Source of the DNA: a virus | Lineage: Duplodnaviria; Caudoviricetes | IMG/VR virus record: IMGVR_UViG_3300025413_001239 | Strand: one strand, 5' to 3' | DNA length: 64,000 nucleotides | In this document: piece after piece, positions 57,105-64,000 of the stretch | Layout: every line of letters starts with the position of its first letter | Position numbering within the stretch: position 1 is the first letter of the stretch | Translations under genes and position numbers: made by a program | The notes under the pieces: model-generated | Database searches by the model: none | Told to the model about the DNA's origin: nothing | Seen by the model: the letters and a program-made list of their open reading frames with translations, nothing else

Positions 57105-57527
57105 ATGGGAAAGATGTTAGATGATTTAAAAAAGAAATTGGAACATCCAGAAGTGATAGAACGAATGAAAAAACATTATAAAGATATTCAGGATAAAAAA
57201 GAAAGGAATATTAAACGTGCTCGTTTATTCTTTAATGATGAAAAATCATTTGAAACTTTCTTATTAAAATTAATTGATAAACATGACCAAAGATGGGAAG
57301 ATGTTTGTTATAATAATGGTTATCAACCACATCCTTGGAATTTGATGTATGGAGTATTGTATATCGTACAACGTGGTGGGGATGAGGTTATGCCAGTTGA
57401 TGATTTAACAAGGAACTTTTCAAGTTTATTAATGAAGTATAATGATTTTACATTTGCTTGGACATTTGGTCAGGGAACTTGTATTTCAATATTTGATAAA
57501 AATAATGAATTAATTTATAGAACATAA
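57105..57527 (+). CDS. hypothetical protein
   Basis: Start MGKMLDD. Confidence 0.7.
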   Translation: MGKMLDDLKKKLEHPEVIERMKKHYKDIQDKKERNIKRARLFFNDEKSFETFLLKLIDKHDQRWEDVCYNNGYQPHPWNLMYGVLYIVQRGGDEVMPVDDLTRNFSSLLMKYNDFTFAWTFGQGTCISIFDKNNELIYRT

Positions 57528-57755
57528 GTAAACAAATTAGTAAAGAACCTTGGAATACTACATATTTTTCACTTTTTTAATATATTCTTAAACAATATAA
57601 AATTTTAAAAAATAACATTAGAATGTCCTAAGCTTTTAATTTTTTAATTAATTCATTAGTTAATGTTATTGATATTATTTTTTTCATATCTTTATTATAA
57701 TAAAAATATTTTGCAAAGTCAATTAAATTATTTATCTTTGTTTAAATTTAAAATT

Positions 57756-58694
57756 ATGAATAGAATTGGGTATTGTTGTATTTCACTTGGGATAAACATA
57801 AACCGTAGTAAAAAAAATCATATTACAGTTAATCGTGGTATGGTTAAGAAAACATTTATCGAAAAAGGAATTAAATATGCATCAGAATTGGCATACTTAA
57901 ACTTATGTGATTTACTGGAAATTTTAAAATACAACGTAAGAAAAAATATATATGTTTATCGGTTATCTAGTGACCTATTTCCTTGGATGTCAGAATACCA
58001 ATTACAAGATTTACCGAATATCAAATCAATCAAGAGTAAGTTGATAGAAATCGGTAATTTTATTAAAAAATATGATATTAGAACAGGGGCGCACCCAGGC
58101 CCGTTTAACGTTTTAGCAAGTGAAAATCAATCAGTTGTTACTAAGACAATATTTGAATTGAATCAACATGCTGAACTTATGGACTTGATGGGACTGGATA
58201 AATCACACTATTACCCTATCAATATTCATATCAATACAACTAAGCCAACTAGAGAATTGGCAGCTGCGCGTTTCGTTGAGAATTTTAAGCTTTTGTCTGA
58301 TTCATGTAAGGCTAGGCTTACTGTTGAGAATGATGATAGTCCTAATCAGTATTCAGTTAAAATACTACATGACTTAGTGCATGTTCAAACTGGCATACCG
58401 ATTGTATTTGACCAACATCATTTCAATTATGGTCAACAGGACCAAACTATGGAAGATGCGTTAAAATTAGCACATTCTACTTGGACTGTGAAGCCATTGA
58501 CACACATGAGTTCTTCTAAGACCTTAGAGGATTCTAAGGGTGTAGCAACAGCACACGCTGATTACATATATGAAAAAATCCAAACTTTTGGTTTGGATTT
58601 TGATATTGAGATTGAGGCTAAAGCTAAAGACTTAGCCGTATTGAAATACATCAATGAGTTTACTTCAAAGTTAGAAGATACTTTAGTTGATTAA
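57756..58694 (+). CDS. uvsE: UV damage repair endonuclease
   Basis: RIGYCCI, YRLSSDLFP, HPG.F..LAS, NIH, RL.VENDD, FD.HH, EAKAKD.A. Confidence 0.92.
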   Translation: MNRIGYCCISLGININRSKKNHITVNRGMVKKTFIEKGIKYASELAYLNLCDLLEILKYNVRKNIYVYRLSSDLFPWMSEYQLQDLPNIKSIKSKLIEIGNFIKKYDIRTGAHPGPFNVLASENQSVVTKTIFELNQHAELMDLMGLDKSHYYPINIHINTTKPTRELAAARFVENFKLLSDSCKARLTVENDDSPNQYSVKILHDLVHVQTGIPIVFDQHHFNYGQQDQTMEDALKLAHSTWTVKPLTHMSSSKTLEDSKGVATAHADYIYEKIQTFGLDFDIEIEAKAKDLAVLKYINEFTSKLEDTLVD

Positions 58695-58697
58695 CAC

Positions 58698-59465
58698 TTA
58701 ATTTTTGATTCTACCGTGAACCCATCCATTTTGTATATAGTTTTCTAATTGAGACACATTAATTTTTTTGAATATATTAAGTGATAAGTTAGAGACCCAT
58801 CTAAATTGTTTTGCTTGATTAGCTATATTTTTTTTATGTATGTCTGTTTTACTTTTACCCTTTAACCCTTCACTAATTTTATCTGACCAATCTATTTTTC
58901 TACCTTTATTCGCCTTTGTTATTTTATTTTTGGTTTCTTCTGAAACTATTTTTCCAATATGCGATTTAGAAATTTTAGCTTTGGTTTCTTCACTTAATTT
59001 ATTATTCCCATTATTTATCCTAGTCTCAGCTGCACGTTTAAACTTGTCTCTATCAATAACATTAATTTTTTTACCTGTTTTTGTTTTTGAAATTTTTTTA
59101 TATATTTCGCTTTTTTCTTCATCTGTTTTTTTAGCTTTTGTTTTTAAAATTTTTTCGTATATCTTACTTTTTTCTTCTTTTGTTTTTCCTGCCATTGAAT
59201 TTCCACCATCACCACCTGTATGGATATTGTAAAAGTCATCCGATTCAACGGCTGAGTAGATTTTAATAAAATATTTTTCTTTTTCGTTTAAATCGTTAAT
59301 ATTAGTACACGTCTCAAGAATTTCTTTTTTAAAATTTTCTTTTCCGTATTTTTTGATAGCTTTTTTAAGTAAAACCCCAGAACCTAAATATTCTGGGTTA
59401 TTTTTACTGTCTTTTCCAATATATTTTTTATTATTTAATAGATTCGTTGTTAAGTATATTATCAT
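58698..59465 (-). mobile_element. GIY-YIG (Seg-like)/NUMOD3 homing endonuclease
   Basis: IIYLTTNLLNNKKYIGKD...YLGSG; SEETKAKISKS repeats. Confidence 0.9.
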
Positions 59466-59607
59466 TTTTGTTTATTTTAGTTATTTCATCACTTATAAAA
59501 TTTCTAATTTTTTGGCTCATATTTATTGAGTGTTTTTCACAAATCTTTCGATATTCATTATACATCGATTCATTAATTTTAATTAATATTGTTTTATTTT
59601 TTTTCAT
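59431..59607 (-). CDS. 58 aa ribbon-helix-helix protein overlapping the endonuclease start
   Basis: Manual translation MKKNKTILIKINESMYNEYRKICEKHSINMSQKIRNFISDE... Confidence 0.65.
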   Translation of the reverse strand: MKKNKTILIKINESMYNEYRKICEKHSINMSQKIRNFISDEITKINKNDNILNNESIK

Positions 59608-59694
59608 GGTATATATCTTTATATATAAATATATATTAAAAACAAAAAAGACACATAATTTATGTGTCTTAAAAAAAATAATTTCATTAAACCT

Positions 59695-60066
59695 TTATTT
59701 TAATGATAAAAGATAACGCAACTTATTTACACTACCTAAAATTTCATCACGGATATTAAGAAGGTCAGAATCTTCTTCTGGTGAAAGTTGATTATTTAAA
59801 TCAATTAAGAAATCTATTATTGTTTTTATAAATATATTTATATCTAAGTCTTTTAGATTAAATAAATCAATAGTTGCTTTCTCACCAGAGAACTCAAAAC
59901 GACCTTTTTTACCCATACTAACTTCAACAAATTCATCAATATTCTCACCTAAGCTCTTATAGATTTTATCGTATGTTTTGTGTCTGGAATATGTTATTGT
60001 TTGCCAATGATAAATTTTAAATTGATTTTGAATTTGCATCAGCATTAACACTATATCTTCTTTCAT
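59695..60066 (-). CDS. ferritin/Dps-like protein (DUF5856 type)
   Basis: HWQT..Y.RHK..D..Y..L....DEFVE...G, DLLNIRDEIL...NKL.YLL.L. Confidence 0.75.
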   Translation of the reverse strand: MKEDIVLMLMQIQNQFKIYHWQTITYSRHKTYDKIYKSLGENIDEFVEVSMGKKGRFEFSGEKATIDLFNLKDLDINIFIKTIIDFLIDLNNQLSPEEDSDLLNIRDEILGSVNKLRYLLSLK

Positions 60067-60138
60067 AATAGAACTTTATTTATAAATATTCGAATTTTTA
60101 ATAAAAAATAACGTATATTTGCGTTTAAATAATAAGAT

Positions 60139-60423
60139 ATGGATTATAACTTAAAAGAAGATAACGTTACAGTAAAATCATCAACGGTGATTAAATTATC
60201 TGAGTACTTAACATTAACAACTAAAGATGAAACTTTTGATTTAAGGGTTGATATTTTGGCTGATTTTGAAAATATACCCATAAAATATCATGAGGTGTTT
60301 TTAAACATGCTCACAGCAAAGTACTTGAATAAGGTATCCTTTAGTGATAACCCATTCAGTGTTTGTCAATTAAATAAAAAAAGAAAATGGTGGAACTTTT
60401 TTAGAAAATTCCCAAAAAAATAA
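60139..60423 (+). CDS. hypothetical protein
   Basis: 94 aa ORF. Confidence 0.65.
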   Translation: MDYNLKEDNVTVKSSTVIKLSEYLTLTTKDETFDLRVDILADFENIPIKYHEVFLNMLTAKYLNKVSFSDNPFSVCQLNKKRKWWNFFRKFPKK

Positions 60424-60621
60424 AATTATTTTTCACAATTAAAATATAAAAAATGCCTTCAGAAAAAAGTTTAAAATTGACCGCAAGTATAATATCTATA
60501 CTATTATTAGTTTATTTGGTTTTCTTTCACATTGGTTTATTGTTGGTGATTATTGGGATTTCATTTCTTATAGTTATCGGAGTTTTACTCTTATTGAAAA
60601 AATTTAAAAACTTATTAGGTG

Positions 60622-60711
60622 ATGGAGATTAATAACGAATTATTTGAGAAAGCCCTTATATTTGCAGCGAAAAAGCATAAGGGTCAAAAAAGATTTGCAA
60701 GTTTAAAATAA
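60622..60711 (+). pseudogene. N-terminal stump of HD-domain (p)ppGpp hydrolase-like gene
   Basis: MEINNELFEKALIFAAKKHKGQKR then a premature end; matches the A..FA...H.GQ.R start of SpoT/Mesh1 HD domains. Confidence 0.55.
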
Positions 60712-60735
60712 AAGTTGTATATTTGCATTTCTTAT

Positions 60736-60807
60736 GGTGAGGTAGCTCAGTAGTAGAGCACAATTTTGAAAAGATTGGTGTCGGTAGTGCGAATCTGCCC
60801 CTCACCA
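60736..60807 (+). tRNA. tRNA-Phe(GAA)
   Basis: GGTGAGG/CCTCACC; CAATT-TTGAAAA-GATTG; own TATATTTG promoter. Confidence 0.85.
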
Positions 60808-60811
60808 CACG

Positions 60812-60835
60812 ATATCGGGATATTCCGAAAAAGTC
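60812..60835 (+). repeat. 24-bp dyad repeat, copy 1
   Basis: ATATCGGGATATTCCGAAAAAGTC; identical copy at 63171-63194. Confidence 0.8.
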
Positions 60836-60871
60836 ACGTCAATATTGACACGTAATTAAATACTTAATTTT

Positions 60872-61525
60872 ATGAGTTTAAAAGATTTGTTCATTGTTAA
60901 TGATGAAAACGCATCAAAACAAGCTGAACCTAAACAAGCAACATCGTTTCCAACTAGTGCGCCAGTTACAAGTTTTCCAACATCTGCACCAGCTTTCACA
61001 CCGCAAGTTAAAGATGAACATCTAAACAAATTTGTTGAGCAGTATCAATCAACTTTTGATGCCCTTAACCAAGCTGGATATGATTTTTATGAATTTTTCA
61101 ATGCCATCATTAAGACAAATGGTGTAGATAATCTACAAATGTATCAAATGGCTTTAAGTATGGCTACAGCCATGGATGCCAGTATTACTAAGGAAAAATT
61201 GGTATCTCAAGCGGATTATTACCTTAATGAACTTAATAAAGTTTATAATCAGTATGTTAGTGATGGGAACACCAAAAAATCTAATTTGGTTAATCAGAAA
61301 GAGTCTGAAAAACAATCATTAACAAATGACTTAGCCTCACTTAATCAACAATTGTTATCTATTCAATCTCAAATTAGTGAGAAACAATCAGCTTTATCTA
61401 GCATTGAGGATAAATACTCACCACTTATTGCTGAAGTTGGTAGTAAGTTACTGGCTAATGATTCAGCAAAAAATGACCTTGTAAATAAGATTTCTAAGGT
61501 AAAAAATAATCTTTCACAAATTTAA
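60872..61525 (+). CDS. coiled-coil hypothetical protein
   Basis: GYDFYEF motif, long C-terminal coiled coil. Confidence 0.8.
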   Translation: MSLKDLFIVNDENASKQAEPKQATSFPTSAPVTSFPTSAPAFTPQVKDEHLNKFVEQYQSTFDALNQAGYDFYEFFNAIIKTNGVDNLQMYQMALSMATAMDASITKEKLVSQADYYLNELNKVYNQYVSDGNTKKSNLVNQKESEKQSLTNDLASLNQQLLSIQSQISEKQSALSSIEDKYSPLIAEVGSKLLANDSAKNDLVNKISKVKNNLSQI

Positions 61526-61577
61526 TTTGTTAGTTTAAAATAACTATCGTATCTTTGCGCAAATAAAAGTAAATAAC

Positions 61578-62717
61578 ATGCAAACACAAACTACAACAGC
61601 GACATCAACGCTACAGGCAAATTTGATGCAATTGCCGATTCTTCAACACTTTGATTCAAATCAACTTGTTACTAGTGTGGATTCTTATCGTAAGGGTGAA
61701 AAGCCAATCAGTGGAATTTTAAAGCTATTGGCCCTTTTAGGTATTGGTTATGGCTTGTATCTAGCTATTACAACGATAATCCCACAATTCGTATTGGCTT
61801 TAGGTGTAATAGCCTATTATGGTACCATTGGTGCTGCAATTCTTTTTGGTATTGTTTTAACCCCTTGGATTTTTGGTAAAATGAGACAGCTAAGCAAATT
61901 CTTAGCTAAGAACCTTATTCAAAGTGACCCATTTGGTGAATTAGCTACTCAAAAGCAAAAGATGATTCAAAACCAACAAGTGTTTAGAATTTCTAAGTCT
62001 AAAATTGATGCTCTTAAGAATGATATGCAGGTTGAAGCTAAGAAATCTGAGGATGATGCTAATAAACTTCAATCACAAGTTGTTAGTTTACAAGCTAAAT
62101 GTTCAGCTCTTAAGACTAAACTAGATGATATGGTCAAGACTGGTGGTGCTGAGGCTAGAAATTCTGATGAATATGTAAATGGTCAATCTGATTTGATGAA
62201 AATGCTTGCTGACAGCCAACGTATGTCAAATAAACTTACCCAAAGCAAAGACTTTATTCAAAAGTATGGTACTCGTGCTGCGGTTATGAAGAAAATGGGT
62301 CAAAAATTAGTGATGGTTGAAGCTAGTATGGACATCAAAATAGCTGATTTCGATGCCACTGTTGAAATGCTTAAAAAGGATTATGATTTTGCTCAAAAAT
62401 CTCGTGCTGCTACTGATGCTGCTAAATCCGCTATGCTATTCGATAAATCTTGGGAATTGGATTATGCGTTGGATGTTGTTACAGCTACAATCGCTTCTGA
62501 TATTGCCATTACAAGTGGTAACCTTAGAGACATCGATAATCTTACAAGTAAGTATTCAATGGATTCTGACGAGTTGTACGCTAACCTTAACACTTTAGCT
62601 GATAATATCAAGGCTGGAAAAGACGATGTGCCAAGTGCTAAGCAATACAATAACGCTGATTATCAGTTCAGTGCTAGTGATAAACTTGGTTCTCAAGGTT
62701 TAACTGATATGTTCTAA
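61578..62717 (+). CDS. membrane-anchored PspA-like coiled-coil protein
   Basis: Two N-terminal TM helices, long helical body. Confidence 0.6.
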   Translation: MQTQTTTATSTLQANLMQLPILQHFDSNQLVTSVDSYRKGEKPISGILKLLALLGIGYGLYLAITTIIPQFVLALGVIAYYGTIGAAILFGIVLTPWIFGKMRQLSKFLAKNLIQSDPFGELATQKQKMIQNQQVFRISKSKIDALKNDMQVEAKKSEDDANKLQSQVVSLQAKCSALKTKLDDMVKTGGAEARNSDEYVNGQSDLMKMLADSQRMSNKLTQSKDFIQKYGTRAAVMKKMGQKLVMVEASMDIKIADFDATVEMLKKDYDFAQKSRAATDAAKSAMLFDKSWELDYALDVVTATIASDIAITSGNLRDIDNLTSKYSMDSDELYANLNTLADNIKAGKDDVPSAKQYNNADYQFSASDKLGSQGLTDMF

Positions 62718-62784
62718 AAAAAAGTTGTAAAATATTTGGTGGAATGAAAGTTCCACCATATATTTGCATCATAAAAATAAAAAA

Positions 62785-63120
62785 ATGACAAAAGAAACAG
62801 TTGAAGTTAGTGTTGAATTTATTAAGCAAGCTTTTAAGGCTGCTTGTGATGGTTGGAAAGAAAAATTGCTCAATGAATTTCCAGATTTGGATTTATATGG
62901 TGGTCCTAAAAAGGGTGATTTACGTAAAGCTACAACTAGCTCATTAGTAGTCTATGTAACTAGAAATTCATTTGGTAATAGTTTTTCTGGTATTGTGGTA
63001 ATTCCTGATGAGGAAAATAACTACCCAATTGGATATGTGAGTAAAGAATGGAGTGCGTCTAAATCCCAAATTTATGATGGTAAACCAATAGATGTCGCAG
63101 GAATTTTGGGGATTAAATAA
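62785..63120 (+). CDS. hypothetical protein
   Basis: Behind an operator-containing promoter at 62735-62768. Confidence 0.7.
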   Translation: MTKETVEVSVEFIKQAFKAACDGWKEKLLNEFPDLDLYGGPKKGDLRKATTSSLVVYVTRNSFGNSFSGIVVIPDEENNYPIGYVSKEWSASKSQIYDGKPIDVAGILGIK

Positions 63121-63170
63121 AAAAAATTTGGTGGATTAAAATATTCACCATATATTTGCATCATTAATAA

Positions 63171-63194
63171 ATATCGGGATATTCCGAAAAAGTC
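63171..63194 (+). repeat. 24-bp dyad repeat, copy 2
   Basis: Identical to 60812-60835, just downstream of a promoter. Confidence 0.8.
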
Positions 63195-63212
63195 GTTAAA
63201 AAAAAGTAAAAA

Positions 63213-64000
63213 ATGGGTAGTATTTTGAAAGTCAAGAATTTGACAACATTAGCAGAAGGTGTAATCGTATTCGTAGGATTGGCCGTAATTTTAACAGGTG
63301 TTTATTTCTTTGCGCCAGGTCTTCGAGTTTCGGGGTCAAAAGTCCTAAGTGGATTAAAGATTGGAAGTGAAAACATCGACAACGCTGGGGTAGCGGAGAA
63401 GATTAGTTTACCTTCAAAAGATGTATCAACAAAAGTAACAAGCAAGCCACTTAAGCGTATTGCTGAGTATGGTTGGAACGCAAACGCTGGTATGATTGTA
63501 GCAAATGGTGGTCCTCGTACAACTAAGGGTTCTATTTTAGAAGGTCTTGGTGAAAATATCGAAATCGTTAAGATTGACGGTGTATCAGATTTGCGTAACA
63601 TGCAAGTAAGCTTTGTAGAAGAACTTAATTCAGGTAACGAAAATCCAGTAGGTGAAAAATCAGCGTTTGCTGTATCTATTATGGGTGATGGTGCCGTATT
63701 TTATGCAACCACACTTCAAGCAGAATTGGATAATAAATTTGGTAATGGTAAGTATCATGCACAAATAATTGGTGGTTATGGTTTATCATTTGGTGAGGAT
63801 AAAGTTATCGGTCCAAGAATTTGGAAGGATAATCCTAAATCAATGGAAGGTGCTGTACTTAGTTCTGTAATCGGTGACGGTGACTGGGTTATTGCAATTA
63901 ACTATTGCTTCGCAAACGGTTTAAAGGTTAATACAGATGCAACAACTTACGATGCACACGCCGTAAACTTTTTACCTAGTGAAAATGATGATTACATTAA
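63213..64000 (+). CDS. membrane-anchored periplasmic-binding-like protein (partial; runs off window)
   Basis: Manual translation MGSILKVK..TM..AEYGWNANAGMIVANGGPRTTKGS...GDGDW; not in ORF track. Confidence 0.6.
   Translation, partial: MGSILKVKNLTTLAEGVIVFVGLAVILTGVYFFAPGLRVSGSKVLSGLKIGSENIDNAGVAEKISLPSKDVSTKVTSKPLKRIAEYGWNANAGMIVANGGPRTTKGSILEGLGENIEIVKIDGVSDLRNMQVSFVEELNSGNENPVGEKSAFAVSIMGDGAVFYATTLQAELDNKFGNGKYHAQIIGGYGLSFGEDKVIGPRIWKDNPKSMEGAVLSSVIGDGDWVIAINYCFANGLKVNTDATTYDAHAVNFLPSENDDYI

Noticed and set aside
1-64000. Stop-codon recoding, as in some Bacteroidota jumbo phages
   Set aside because: Conserved genes (clpP, dnaJ, rnr, smpB, uvsE) are full length in code 11, clpP ends on TAG, and no suppressor tRNA was found
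1-64000. CRISPR array
   Set aside because: No regularly spaced repeats with unique spacers; repeats are dispersed promoters, operators or RNA motifs

Overview
This is an AT-rich, gene-dense segment of a large (jumbo-type) bacteriophage genome, read in the standard genetic code. The host is almost certainly in the Bacteroidota, because the TAnnTTTG (-7) promoter element recurs ahead of most + strand operons. The window is a translation and RNA-maintenance region. It carries about 30 tRNA or tRNA-like genes, tmRNA, SmpB, RNase R, ClpP, DnaJ, a sigma70 factor, RNA healing and sealing enzymes (PNK-2H phosphoesterase, Rnl1, Rnl2, HAD), DNA ligase, UvsE, a Ro60-like vWA protein and more than 12 homing endonucleases or remnants. 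MAIN FINDING: three tRNA operons share one layout: a near-identical promoter, an unannotated 26-33 aa leader ORF, a strong intrinsic terminator, then the tRNA array. Each leader's codons match the tRNAs that follow it. Leader 1 (N/I/M/S/W/R/H/D) precedes Asn, Ile, Met, Ser, Trp, Arg, His and Asp tRNAs. Leader 2 (six Leu and a Cys) precedes Cys and three Leu tRNAs. Leader 3 (YTYYQPKTQGGKTP) precedes Tyr, Thr, Gln, Pro and Gly tRNAs. Each leader also has a segment complementary to the terminator's 5' arm. The inferred system is ribosome-stalling attenuation that makes replacement tRNAs on demand when matching host tRNAs are depleted or cleaved. OTHER HIGHLIGHTS: (1) a family of short RNAs with a terminal stem, a CAGCAA motif and anticodon-like loops, linked to the Ro60-like gene; (2) three genes split by GIY-YIG endonucleases with no intron or intein, both halves gaining new peptide extensions; (3) a split intein in RNA ligase 1; (4) endonucleases that bring a replacement copy of the target they disrupt; (5) tRNAs with giant or anticodon-like variable arms. 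All protein and RNA calls come from motif recognition and manual folding; no database search or folding program was run.
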